A stretch of DNA of 64,000 bases from Eledone cirrhosa (lineage: Eukaryota). Below are positions 42,272 to 56,942 of the stretch, in pieces. Numbering within the stretch: position 1 is the stretch's first letter; every line of letters starts with the position of its first letter. The stretch is from the NCBI GenBank assembly GCA_964016885.1, contig OZ024751.1, positions 46,066,001-46,130,000 of the forward strand, in the 5' to 3' direction. Below the pieces are notes generated by a model. It did no database searches. It was not told where the DNA came from and saw nothing but the letters and a program-made list of their open reading frames with translations. The translations under genes were made by a program, and so were the position numbers.

Positions 42272-42878
42272 GGTGGCTGCAACTCGTTTTCGAGTACGGC
42301 CACTACTTTATATCCATGTAGGAGAACTCCTACCGATGTGCTGAACGAGTGTGACTTTCTAGTCCAGCCAGCGACTTGAAAACTCTGGTACAAACACTAC
42401 ACCTGTGACAATTATTGACACATAGTGCTGGGCCCATGGTACCATGTGACGACAAGTGCAGAGAGATCTCCAGATATAAAGCAATGCCTGTGCCGTGAAG
42501 CTTTTATAGTGAGCAAAGGCACTGCACAAAGCCAGTCCCACTCTCTTAACCAAGATGATATTTACCAAAAAGAAGAACAAGTCAACATCATTGGATATCA
42601 TCAGGGTTGCAGGTGTTATATCAGAGTTTTCCTTCCCCTAGAATTCTGCCTTGACAAAGGCTAAGGGGTCATCTCTCCCGGTGATTTTGAATGGTCATTG
42701 ACTCTTAAGAGCTCCTTTGCCCTTTGACAGGTTTTGTTTTTAGTCCTGCAGGATGTCCAAAGTCACCCTCCTCATCAAGAAACCTTGGTGGGGTTGCCAG
42801 TTTAGTCGCCAACGACCCGACCATGGGACAGGTTGTACTGGGATACATGTTACCAGTAGCACCAACTGGTGACCTGAC
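42272..42878 (-). mobile_element. Full copy of the ~608-bp non-autonomous element
   Basis: Reverse complement of 28377-28984; (CATA)n flanks. Confidence 0.85.
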
Positions 42879-43089
42879 ATATACATACATACATACATAC
42901 ATACATACATACATACGTACGTACGTACATACATACATACATACATACATACATACATACATACATACATACATACATACATACATACGTAAATACATAC
43001 TTACATACATACATACGTACATACATACGTATATACATACATACGTACATACGTACGTACGTACGTACAGTAGTGCATTATTCAAGAAA

Positions 43090-43272
43090 GGCGGTGGATT
43101 GACAGTATCGGTGGAGGGCCAGACGCTATGCTTTGCGGCATAGAGTTCAAGTTCGGCGTTCAGAGTTCAAATCCTGCCGAGGTTAACTTTGCCTTTCATT
43201 CTTACGGGGTCGATTAAAAAAAGCACCAGTAATGTATTGGGGTAATTGCTGGCCTAGTAGAAACAATTATTC
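43090..43272 (+). mobile_element. OK/Nin-like SINE
   Basis: Homologous to 1919-2105. Confidence 0.82.
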
Positions 43273-43468
43273 AACAAATCGTAAGAGAATAGGACACCAT
43301 ATTTGTTGAAGAACAGTACAGTTACTTTATGGCGATATTACATCCGCACACACATACTTACATACACATATAAACACTCATGTATACACAGATACAGACA
43401 CACACATATGCAAACATTCATCTGGAATAAATATCAAATATAGACATTTATCTCTATGTATATCAATA

Positions 43469-43588
<120 letters not shown>

Positions 43589-44014
43589 CGTACATATATA
43601 CATACACATGCGTATATATATACGTATGTATATATGTATGTTTGTATATGTATGTTTGTATGTATGTATGCATGTACGTATGTACGTACGTACATATGTA
43701 TACATATGTGTTGGTTTGTGCGTATATGCATATGGGTGTCATTTTGCAATTTGTTTAAACGATTGTATACAATATACTATATTTATGTACAGTGTGAAAT
43801 ATATATGTGAAATAGATTTAGAACGGGTGGTTAATAAGTTCGAAAAAGACTCTAGTTCTGATACCAGCCAGCAACACTCTCTATGTGGGTTAAGTGTAGT
43901 TGTCTCTACGAACCTCGTTTAATGCTTAGATTCACATTCTTTAGCACTATCCTCTAAGACGTTCTATCTTATATCCGTCCCAGCTTTTATGGACGATAGT
44001 TTGAATAGGAATTA

Positions 44015-44140
44015 GGTGATGAATTGGCAGAATCGCGAGAATGTCGGATAGAATGCTTTGCAGTATGTATTCCGAGTTCAAATCCTTTGCGGTCACCTTT
44101 TCTTGTTGTTCTTTGGAGGTCAGTAAATAAAGAACCAGTC
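44015..44140 (+). mobile_element. Degenerate OK/Nin-like SINE
   Basis: TGGCAGAATCG..GAGTTCAAATCC..TAAATAAAGAACCAGT. Confidence 0.55.
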
Positions 44141-44637
44141 CATTACTGTTAATTCTTCTACCCCACATCTCTCTTTTCTCTGGAAGGTAGCTGTCGTGTT
44201 CAAACATGGAGAGTGATGTGCTCCGCCTAACTCCCAATGCCCAAGACACGCCGTATGTCACGATGTTGTCTCAACGTTTCCATCAAAAGTCAGAGACCCG
44301 TAGATGGATGAATCGATGGATATTGGAATTACATTATCCAATGTCTCCCTGACACATAGTGTGAAATTTCCAATGGTTCTCAGATGTTTCACTGGTAGAG
44401 ACCCCTTTTATTAAAATCAATTTTTCCACCACCGACCCCAGTCTCTTCAAAGATCTATCTACTTAATAAACGGATTTTAACAATGAAATCGTTAGCCGCT
44501 GGTGTTTTTGCATAGTTACAGCTTTCTAAATGTTTATTTATAAACATACCGTATTTCTTTAGAAATACGAAATTCCAATACACACAAATATATATATATA
44601 TATAGTTAAAAGAATAGAGGTGTAACACACAAGTTAT

Positions 44638-45978
<1,341 letters not shown>

Positions 45979-46053
45979 TATTGAAGTTTCCGTTGAAAAT
46001 TGAAAAAGTCATAGGAGTGAAGAGTGCTCTATATAAGTTACAGAGCTAAATTT

Positions 46054-46391
46054 AATGTATAATAAACAATACAATATAATTACCTCATTACCAGAGGTTT
46101 CCCGAATAAGACGAATACAAGAAACGTCCTCATTCGTTCGTCAGACAAGGCAATTTAAAACATAGTGAAATATTTGAATATTTCCATATTTTATTTTTAG
46201 ATATCTCTTGCATTACTTTTATTTATATATATAATTTTTTTTTTTTGCCCGTTAAACTTTTGCCTTTCTTTCAAATATTTCACTATCTTTTAAATTGCCT
46301 TGTCTGACGAACGAATGCGGACGTTTCTTGTATTCGTCTTATTCGGGAAACCTCTGGTAATGAGGTAATTATATTGTATTGTTTATTATAC

Positions 46392-46394
<3 letters not shown>
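46054..46394. repeat. Inverted repeat (arms about 125 bp), each with a degenerate hammerhead-like core
   Basis: 46054-46178 vs 46270-46394; CTGACGA(46304)-stem II-GAAA(46347). Confidence 0.88.
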
Positions 46395-46435
<41 letters not shown>

Positions 46436-46832
46436 GAGAGAGAGAGAGAGAAATCGACAAATAGGCCAAGATTTATATAATCGATCTCCATCCCTCCCCC
46501 GCCGTCATTTATTTTCACTACCACTCCACCCCTATCATTGTCTTCTTCCCTCCTTTTCTATACTCCTCCTGTCACCTCTCTTCTCTCTCACACTCTCTCT
46601 CCGTTCTATCCTTACTCCTCTCTCACTCTTACTTCCTACCTTCCTCCTCCTCCTCCTCCTCCTCCTCCTCCTCCTCTCTCACTCTCCCTGCCTCCACTTC
46701 CTCTTCCTCCTCCTCATCCTCCCTCTCTCTCTCACTTCTACCCTCCTGTCAGCCCTCGCTCTCCCACAACACGCCCTCTCCATCCCTCTTATATCTTTAA
46801 GAAACTTCTTTCTTTAGGGAGCAACTTCCATC

Positions 46833-47560
<728 letters not shown>

Positions 47561-47643
47561 ATGGGGGTTTGACTGTATAAGCAAATATTAGACATATGTG
47601 TGTGTTTATATATACATACATACATATATATATATATATACAC

Positions 47644-47712
<69 letters not shown>

Positions 47713-47787
47713 TACATATATATATATACATATATATATATACATATATATATATACATATATATATATATACATATATATATATAC

Positions 47788-47872
<85 letters not shown>

Positions 47873-47895
47873 TATATACATATATATATATATAC

Positions 47896-47940
<45 letters not shown>

Positions 47941-47943
47941 TAC

Positions 47944-48006
<63 letters not shown>

Positions 48007-48058
48007 TGTGTACAAATATATAAATAAATATATGTATATATATGTATATATATCTGTA

Positions 48059-48091
<33 letters not shown>

Positions 48092-48226
48092 AGTAAGACA
48101 GGCGCCATGCTATCTACTCAGTTTACCAAAAATCGGATATGTCCAGCAAGTAACGTAGTAACGAGAACACTTCTCACGTATCACTACCGATTGAATATCT
48201 ATCTTATTCTTCACTGGCTGTCAACA

Positions 48227-48259
48227 CGGTGGTGGTGGTAGTGGTGCTGGTGGTGGTGG

Positions 48260-48290
<31 letters not shown>

Positions 48291-48298
48291 GGTGGTGG

Positions 48299-48329
<31 letters not shown>

Positions 48330-48763
48330 GGTGGTGGTGGTGGTGGTGGTGGTGGTGGTGGTGGTGGTGGTGGTGGTGGTGGTGGCGTTGGTGGTGGCGG
48401 TGGTGGTGGCGGTGGTGGTGGTGGTGGTGGTGGTGATGATGCTGGTGGTGCTGGTGCTGGTGGTGGTGGTGGTGGTGGCGTTGGTGGTGGCGTTGGTGGT
48501 GGCGGTGGTGGTGGTGGTGGTGGTGATGGTGGTGGCGTTGGTGGTGGCGGTGGTGGTGGTGCTGATGGTGTTGGTGGTGGTGGTGGTGGTGGCGTTGGTG
48601 GTGGCGGTGGTGGTGGTGGTGGTGGTGGTGGTGGTGGTGGTGATGGTGGTGTTAGTGGTGGTGGTGGTATTGGTGGTGGTGGTGGTGGTGGTGATGGTGG
48701 TGGTGGTGGCGATGATGCTGGTGGTGGTATTGGTGGTGGTGGTGGTGGTAGTGGTGGTGGCGG

Positions 48764-48794
<31 letters not shown>

Positions 48795-48942
48795 GGTGGT
48801 GGTGGTGGTGGTGGTGATGGTGGTGTTAGTGGTGGTGGTGGTATTGGTGGTGGTGGTGGTGGTGGTGATGGTGGTGGTGGTGGTGGTGGTGATGGTGGTG
48901 TTAGTGGTGGTGGTGGTATTGGTGGTGGTGGTGGTGGTGGTG
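48227..48942 (+). repeat. (GGT)n array
   Basis: Seen directly. Confidence 0.95.
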
Positions 48943-49046
48943 TAGTGGTGGCACTCACACACACATAAGCACTCATATGCACCCCCACATACACATCTAG
49001 GGACATAGGAACACATACATTTGATTATATATATATATATATATCT

Positions 49047-49328
49047 AAGTCTGAAGTCTGTCTTAAGCCAGAAGGCTCATTTGCCCGGTGCTTATCCTGG
49101 TTTCATGGCGTGAAGCGACTGAGAATACAAGACTCCCCCCTGGACTGGACGCCAGTCCAACGCAGGTTTAAACCTCCAGCTACTGCTGGTACTCATTTTC
49201 AGCTGAGTATACTGGAGCAACATGAAATGAAGTGTTTTGCTCAAGAACACAACACGCAGCCCAGGAATCGAACCCACGACATTATGATCGTAAGTCCAAC
49301 ACCCTTACCACTAGGCCACGTGCCTCCA
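49047..49328 (-). mobile_element. Second tRNA-derived SINE family
   Basis: Minus strand GGAGGCACGTGGCCTAGTGGTAAGG (A box) .. GGTTCGATTCC (B box), then GTGTTCTTGAGCAAAACACTT body. Confidence 0.82.
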
Positions 49329-49329
49329 C

Positions 49330-49941
49330 AAGTAAGTAAGTAAAACATTTTTTAAAAATTTTTTTAAAAATATTTTCTTATTTTACGTCTTTTATATTAT
49401 TGTTCTGCACCCTCCTGCATTGAACCACCTAGGTACTATGACATAACCTGTGTATTTGCTGGCATGGACGTGCATCTGTGCGCCTATGTTAGTTGATATA
49501 TTAAATTATCTATATTTATCTCCAAATCACTGATTTGTCGAGCAAACCTGCCAAAACCACTTCTAAATTTTTTGGGGGTGTTAGTAGGCGTCAGTCATCT
49601 TACCATCCCATTCCTTCTAACTAGCCTCTGTGTCACGTGATTGATTCTTTAGAATCGGCCATTTGACTAGAAGCAGTGAGAATTTCAGTACATAGAATCC
49701 AGTCCTCGCCAGCTGTTCTTTCTACCGAATTATTATTATTTTTATATGAGCCGCCAGTGTCCGCGCATTGCCTGGAGACTCAGCTGAGAATAGACTCCCT
49801 GATGACGCAATGAATTCTCGACAGTTGGATTACGTAACTGTCTTTATCCCATTGCAGAAACTAATTAGTTGGAGTGAAAATTTAAGTAAGTAAGTAAAAA
49901 AATTTTTTTAAATTTTTTTAAAAATATTTTCTTATTTTACG

Positions 49942-49951
<10 letters not shown>
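49330..49951 (+). mobile_element. Non-coding pLTR/retrozyme-like unit, 554-bp period with ~68-bp terminal direct repeat
   Basis: 49330-49397 repeated at 49884-49951; hammerhead immediately upstream of the second repeat; (TA)n at the 3' end. Confidence 0.75.
49794..49875 (+). ncRNA. Type I hammerhead motif with palindromic stem III
   Basis: ACTCC-CTGATGA-(C)GCAATG..CATTGC(A)-GAAA-CTAATTAG-TT-GGAGT; AACTAATTAGTT is self-complementary. Confidence 0.8.
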
Positions 49952-49977
<26 letters not shown>

Positions 49978-50117
49978 TAATATAACAGATTAAAGTTTAA
50001 GCAAAGAATCGCTGCTTTCACCCTTATATAAATATTTGCTCTTCGGTTCTTATATATTTGATATATATTTTCCTTATCGAGCCCTCTTTGGATTTTAGTC
50101 TTCAATTTTATTATTAT

Positions 50118-50156
<39 letters not shown>

Positions 50157-50409
50157 TCGATTAAATCACTGCAACTCCATAACGCGAATACGCGGGTTTC
50201 ATTAGCGTATTGAAATATGGCAACTTATCAATACGTTAATGAAACGTGCCTGTTTGCCCCATGTAGTTGTACTGATTTACACTAATTGTATATCACAACT
50301 CGTCCTACGTATTGAGTGCTCTGACAACTTCGGATATTTGTTACTTAATTTCTATTTCTCTATATATTATGGAAATCACGTGAGTACACAGGTGGTACTC
50401 CATAAGGAA

Positions 50410-50772
50410 TAGGTCAACAATGGTGTTAGTAGGTCAACATGGTTATTAGTAGGTCAATAGTTGTTTTGGTGGGTCAACAGTGGTGTTAGTAGGCCAACAG
50501 TTAGTGGGTCAACAGTGGTGTTAGTAGGCCAACAGCTAGTGGGTCAACAATGGTGTCAGTTGGTCAACAGTAGTTTGAGTGAGTCAACAGTGATGTGAGC
50601 GGGTCAAAAGTGGTGCTTATAGCTTAACAGTAGTGTTTGTGGGTCAACAATGATGTTTGTGGATCAACAGTGGTGTTAGTAGGTTAACTGTGGTGTTAAT
50701 AGATAAAGAGTGGTGTATGTGGGTCAACAGTTTTGTTAGTGGGTCAATAGTGGTGGATAAAAATAGGTCAAC
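50410..50772 (+). repeat. Degenerate 20-bp minisatellite GGTCAACAGTGGTGTTAGT(A/G)
   Basis: Roughly 18 diverged copies. Confidence 0.85.
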
Positions 50773-51075
50773 ATTGAAGACATCAAATCAACACTGCAGT
50801 CACAACACATGTAATCGGTTCGGTGTAGCTTAACAGATTAAAAGATTAACAGAATAACAGATTTTCTGTTTCACACATTACATTCCTCTTACAGCGTTGT
50901 GTCTCCATCAAGGAGACAGAGAGAGGATAAGTGTATAAGGGTAGAGAGTGATGGGGGGGGTGATAAAGACGTAAGCGAGGGAGGGTAGGAGAGAGAGGGG
51001 GGATAAGGGAGGGAGAGGGAGGAATGAAGGCCTAAACAAGGGAGGGAGAGAGAGGGAGGATAGATGTGTAAGTGA

Positions 51076-51128
<53 letters not shown>

Positions 51129-51289
51129 AGAGTGAGAGAGAGAGAAAGACAGTAAAGAAGAGTAAAGAGAGAGAGAGTGATGGGGGGGGGGCGTTAGAGG
51201 GAGATAGAGTGAGAGGGGGAGAGAGAGGAGGAGAGATTAAACAAAGAAACAAAAATGAAAGATGATAAGAGAATCACACACTTTCATAG

Positions 51290-51392
51290 ATCTTATCCAA
51301 CCAACTTTCTCGGGTCTACCCTTTGGGTCTCCTGCCGGTTGGTTTTGCCCGTAAAATATCTCCAGCGATTCTTTCCTGAGACATTCTAATCA
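51290..51392 (-). mobile_element. Short RTE 3' coding fragment
   Basis: Minus strand ILRAKPTGRRPKGRP, homologous to 14430-14540. Confidence 0.6.
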
Positions 51393-51548
51393 CAAATATA
51401 GATCAAAATAAATTATCTCAATCATATTATATCATAAATACCTCAATGAACATTAAGGGCTAAAATCTAAATTTTCAGACCTTTATTTACACAATATTAT
51501 TGCGGTAGAATAGTATTTATATTTAGTAAAACAACAGTAAGCAATTTA

Positions 51549-51970
51549 TAATAATATTTTCTTATATAGGCACAAGACCAGCAATATTTGGGAAGGAGAA
51601 AGTCGATTAAATCGAGCCCAGTGCGTGACCGGTACTTTATTTTATCGACCCCGTAAGGATGAAAGGCATAGTTAACCTCGGCAGGATTTGAACTCAGAAT
51701 GGCAAGGACCGTAACTCTACGCGTCAAAGCATGGTGTCCGACCCTCTACCGTTACTGCCAATCCACCGCCTTTAAGCAATTTATAATAATTGTTTCTACG
51801 TTAGGCACAAGGCCAGCAATTACCCAGTGCATTACTGGTACTTTATTTTATCGACCCGGTAAGGATGAAAGGCAAAGTCAACCTCGGCGGGATTTGAACT
51901 CAGATCGTAAAGGGACGTAACTATGCTGGAAAGCATGGCGTCCGACCCGCTACCGATACTGCCAATCCAC
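51549..51970 (-). mobile_element. Two tandem OK/Nin-like SINEs (51549-51770 and 51783-51970)
   Basis: Both are reverse complements of the 1919-2105 family. Confidence 0.85.
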
Positions 51971-52009
51971 AAACAAGAAAAACAGTTTAATTTGTATCAT
52001 CCCTATTTA

Positions 52010-52067
52010 TTTTGTTATACGTATTTCAAAGACGCAAGGCAGCTGTACGTCTTCTCTTCAGACAAAA
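52010..52067 (-). ncRNA. Minimal hammerhead motif
   Basis: Minus strand TTTTGT-CTGAAGA-GAAGACGTA/TGCGTCTTT-GAAA-TACGTA-TA-ACAAAA; palindromic stem III ATACGTAT. Confidence 0.8.
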
Positions 52068-52499
52068 AGCTTAACGAGATGTAAATATCCATTGATATGT
52101 TACCGGTCATACGTGTTTTTCTGTTATTCTTCTCGCCGACCAGTAAGCAATATATCTATATATATACACACACACACACACACTCACACACACACACGCA
52201 CACACACACACACACACACGCACACACACACACACACGCATATGGTGGTGGTGGTGGTGGTGGTGGTGGTGGTGGTGGCGACTGGTGATGTTGGTGGTGG
52301 TGGTGGTGGTGGTGGTGGCGGAGAATAGTGGTGGTGTGGTGGGGTTTTGTGATGTTAATGAATGAGAATCTATGGCGATGCTAAACATAGATGTAGATAT
52401 CTACTTGAGTCACCCCGGGTACGTTTGTAAAGTGACACCCCGTTTATACACTTCCTCTTCAGTTCCTTGTCTGACACCAAGAATGCTTACCTCATTCCA

Positions 52500-52722
52500 T
52501 CCGACACCCACCCCCTCCTCTCCGCCACCCGACACCTATCTCCCCCTCTCCGCCACCCACCCCCTCCTCTCCATCACCCGACACCCATCTCCTCCTCTCC
52601 GCCACCCCCCATCCACCCCCTCCTCTCCGCCACCCGACACCCATCACCCCCGCTCCATCACCCGACACCCATCGCCCCCTCTTCGCCACCCGACACCCAC
52701 CCCCTTCTCTCCGCCACCCGAC
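52500..52722 (+). repeat. C-rich minisatellite (CCCGACACCC.. / CCTCTCCGCCA)
   Basis: Imperfect tandem units. Confidence 0.75.
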
Positions 52723-53049
52723 AGCCTTCCACCAGACATCACTTTTTCATCCTCCACCCTTCCTCCACCCCTCCTCCTCCTACACCTTCCTCCTCTCCGC
52801 CAGTCCACCCCTCCGCCCGCCACTCTTCCTCCACCAACCACTCCTTCCATCCATGACCCTCCCCCACTCTCCCAATCGACACTTTCCTCTGCTCATTCAT
52901 CCCACTTGTTGCTGATGTGGTTGTTGTTGTTGTTATGAGGGTGGTGTTAGTTGTTGATGTTGTTGTTGCAGTTGTTGTTGTTGTTGTTGTTGTAGCTGTT
53001 GTGGTTGTTGTTGTCGTTGTTGTTGTAGTCGTTGTTGTTGTAGTTGTAG

Positions 53050-53093
<44 letters not shown>

Positions 53094-53100
53094 GCTGTAG

Positions 53101-53137
<37 letters not shown>

Positions 53138-53201
53138 AGTCGTTGTTGTTGTAGTTGTAGTTGTTGTTGTTGTTGTGGTAGTGCTGGTAGTTTTGGTTGT
53201 T

Positions 53202-53483
53202 GTTACTGTGGGGTGGGGTAGGTGATGGTGGCCGTAGCCGAGGTTGTCGTTACTGTGGGGTGGGGTAGGTGATGGTGGCCGTAGCCGAGGTTGTTGCTAC
53301 TGTGGGGTAGGGTAGGTGATGGTGGCCGTAGCCGAGGTTGTCGTTACTGTGGGGTGGGGTAGGTGATGGTGGCCGTAGCCGAGGTTGTCGTTACTGTGGG
53401 GTGGGGTAGGTGATGGTGGCCGTAGCCGAGGTTGTCGTTACTGTGGGGTGGGGTAGGTGATGGTGGCCGTAGCCGAGGTTGTT
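53202..53483 (+). repeat. 47-bp minisatellite, 6 copies, preceded by (GTT)n
   Basis: Unit GTTACTGTGGGGTGGGGTAGGTGATGGTGGCCGTAGCCGAGGTTGTC. Confidence 0.93.
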
Positions 53484-53815
53484 GCATGTGTGCACCTATA
53501 TGTGTGGTGTGGGAATGAATGCGTTTGTATGCATGTGTTGTTGTAGTCTAGTGATAGAGATGACTGACCTTCAAGGGTGGTGGTGGTGGTGTTGGTGGTG
53601 GTAGTGGTGGTGGTGGTGGTGGTGGTGGTAGTAGAGTTAGTGGTGGTGGTGGTGGTAGTAGAGTTAGTGGTGGTGGTGGTAGTGAGCGCTATTTAATATC
53701 GCTACCTGAAGTGCAAGTGACGTGATGGCTTATGACTTTTCCGCCGAAACTTAATCAAGAAACTACACACGCACAGATACATATATACATGTATATATAC
53801 ATGTATATATGTATG

Positions 53816-53853
<38 letters not shown>

Positions 53854-53987
53854 GGAATAAATAAATAAATTAAACACCCTTCTCCCCACAAACCCGGATG
53901 TAATGCATTCGCAACCCAAATACACAGGTCACAAATACAAGATGGTGTTGGTCAGAAAAAAGAAGAGACAAAATAATAACATAAGTA

Positions 53988-54030
53988 GTCACTGAGGAGG
54001 TCACAGAATGTGTAACGAAAGAGCTTTGAC
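53988..54030 (+). ncRNA. Minimal hammerhead motif in pLTR 53850-54077 (relative of 29349-29869)
   Basis: GTCA-CTGAGGA-G-GTCACA/TGTAAC-GAAA-GAGC-TT-TGAC. Confidence 0.62.
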
Positions 54031-54760
54031 AATCATCAACAGGTGCGTGTGCTTTTAATGGTACCAAGTGTAACAGTATATATATATATATATAAAGAAA
54101 AAGAGATGAAATCGAAAATGCAACTCTGACAGCTGAACTCTGACAGCTGGCCAATTCACTGAACCAGAACATTTCTCCCAATCCCTTTTCCCTTGACCAC
54201 TATCTCTCCATTATCATAACATTCACTATAAAGACTACAGAATAGTTTTCCAAATAAGGGCGCAAAAATGTAATGAAAACTTGTTCACGTGACAGGCAAA
54301 TTTCATTTATAACCAACCAAAAAAAAGCCTTCGTGAGCCTCCTTTTTTCAAGTAAAAAGAAATTCAAACACTCATATATGAAAAAACAACCTGTGACAAC
54401 CCCCCCCCCTCTCTTATTTGAAGAACTATTGTAACGCGAACTGGCGCGAAATTTATTATAATTATTGACAAACCAATCAAATTACTTCTCGAAAAACCTG
54501 GCTTTCGAGCCACTTTTTCCATATAAAACAAGTAACATTCAGAGACCAACCAGATGTGAGAAAAACCACAGACCCTCCATCTCAACTCACCTTTTGAAAA
54601 GCAGAAGAACTGCGAAACCGGTAAAGGAACCAAATAAAAATATATATATTTTTTAAAAAAATAAGACTTCAGTTGCATTTTCGATTTCATCCCTTTTTCT
54701 TTATACTTCCACTCGTGTAGGACACCTCGGTTATTTTTCATTTTGTTAAAAAAACCTCAC

Positions 54761-54838
<78 letters not shown>

Positions 54839-54876
54839 CATATACTATACCAATTGTGTTGTTATTTCTGTTTACC

Positions 54877-54942
<66 letters not shown>

Positions 54943-55092
54943 ACAAACATATATATATATAAGCAAGAAAGTAAGTGTTGGTAAAATCCACTACTCCAGT
55001 ATGCGGATAGGGAGCACTCAACGAAGATATAAGTTCCGGAGTTATAATAGTGACGAAAAAAGTCAATTGCATGAACTCATAATCCTTTATTT

Positions 55093-55148
55093 ACTGCTAT
55101 ATATATTTCGATGATAGCCATTGAATGGCTATGACCTCATCAGGCAGT
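55093..55148 (-). ncRNA. Minimal hammerhead motif (inverted copy)
   Basis: Reverse complement of 55244-55299. Confidence 0.8.
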
Positions 55149-55243
55149 TAGTCAGATGGTATCAGAGCCTTGGGACATATGTCCCAAGGCTCTGATACCA
55201 TCAACACTATAAACACAGAGCTGGCATATCTAAGAACTGACTA

Positions 55244-55299
55244 ACTGCCTGATGAGGTCATAGCCATTCAATGGCTATCATCGAAATATATATAGCAGT
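55244..55299 (+). ncRNA. Minimal hammerhead motif
   Basis: ACTGC-CTGATGA-GGTCATAGCCA/TGGCTATCATC-GAAA-TATATA-TA-GCAGT. Confidence 0.82.
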
Positions 55300-55367
55300 A
55301 AATAAAGGATTATGAGTTCATGCAATTGACTTATGTTTTGTCACTATATATATATATATATATATAT

Positions 55368-56446
55368 ATTGTTATATTTGGGGAGGGTCATATTTGCGTA
55401 ATATTGCCAGAATTAATAACAGAACACACTCACTGTTTGGTTGGTTTTCGCTTCTCGCTGTCTTTTATATATATATATCTGCGATCTAACTTACTCGGTC
55501 CTCAATGTTGCCATTGACTGACCGGTGGTCAAAAATAAAATAATACAGATACAATATAGACAAACACATATATATATAGTTTACATAAATCTTTCGTTGC
55601 ACATCTGCAACATCGTCAGTGGTGTTATATTCATTGTTCCTCCTGTTGTGTTGTATGTCTACGCCATTTTTTTTTGTTCAGTCCGTCTATATATTTATTT
55701 ATTTGTTTGCTTGTTTGTTTATCTTATTTTATTTTGTCTTCTTTGCGCATGCGTTTGCGTGTGTGATGTGTGACTAGTGTGTATAGTGTTGTGTCTGCTG
55801 GGTGACTAGTGTGTGTTTATGTGCTTGTGTATGTATTTATTTATCTTATTTTATTTTATTTAATTTACTTATTTATTTATACTTCTCTTAGGTCAGTGTT
55901 GTTTGTTTGGGTGTTGTTGTTGTTCCACTCATTCTTTCTGTTTAGCTTTGGTCTTCTAATTTCTATTTCACTGGCCTCTCTGATTTGCCTATCTGCTGGG
56001 TCATTCCTATGTTTAGATATTATTCTAATTTCTATGTTGTCTATGTTACCGTCATGATGTTGTCTAGCATGTTCGTATAGTACTGACCCGTTTTTTCGTC
56101 CTTTTAGTTCCCCCCAGTGTTGGTCTATCCTTTCACCTATGCTACGAGCTGTCTCACCTATGTATGTTGTTGTCGTGTTTCTACAAGTACCCTCTGTACA
56201 TCTTATGCTATAGACTACGTTTCTAGTTTTACAGTTTATCCGGGGGTTCACCTTACATATGATACATTTCCTATTGGTACAGTGGGTTTTCTTAAAAGGG
56301 TAGGTTTTGCTGATCAGGGATTTTATGGTGGTTCCTGGCTTTTCTACCACCTTTATTTTTAAGTGGGTCTTTCTCAGGGCCTTTCTACACTGTTATTAAT
56401 TCTGGCAATATTACGCAAATATGACCCTCCCCAAATATAACAATAT
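55368..56446 (-). mobile_element. 5'-truncated Penelope-like element with ~55-bp inverted terminal copy
   Basis: GIY-YIG ORF; pLTR with degenerate hammerhead 55583-55625; 55368-55422 inverted at 56390-56446. Confidence 0.88.
55877..56389 (-). pseudogene. Penelope GIY-YIG endonuclease domain (N-terminally truncated)
   Basis: CIIC..C..NVVYSIRC..C..YIGETARSIGERIDQH..EHA..R..EASEI..PKLNRKNEW. Confidence 0.88.
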
Positions 56447-56501
56447 CTGTTTCGACACACGATTTCATATAAAAAACCTCGCAAAACTAATTCATCGCCG
56501 C

Positions 56502-56536
<35 letters not shown>

Positions 56537-56568
56537 AGAACAAAAGATGGTTAAAGGAGTTCCATGTA

Positions 56569-56635
56569 TTTTATTATGCGCATTTCAAAAACAAATATCA
56601 TCATGCAATAATATTTGTGTTTTCATCAGATAAAA
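56569..56635 (-). ncRNA. Minimal hammerhead motif
   Basis: Minus strand TTTTAT-CTGATGA-long AU stem II-GAAA-TGCGCA-TA-ATAAAA; palindromic stem III ATGCGCAT. Confidence 0.78.
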
Positions 56636-56746
56636 CAGGAGGACATGATATGAAGGCTAAAAAACACTTGTGGATAGTTCAGTTTTAAATCAACATCTTA
56701 TCCGATATCTGCATTGCTTTATTGTACTACAATAAAACTCACCTCC

Positions 56747-56840
<94 letters not shown>

Positions 56841-56942
56841 TATGAGGTTAACAGAGATGTGCCGATCACATTATAGTCTGTTGGTTATGAAGCAGATGAA
56901 AAGAAGTGCTCAACGACCTGTATAAATAGTACAACATGGAGC

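Noticed and set aside
49240-49328. tRNA gene
   Set aside because: A and B boxes are present but continue into a SINE body and no full cloverleaf is evident; the same applies to the OK-like SINE heads.
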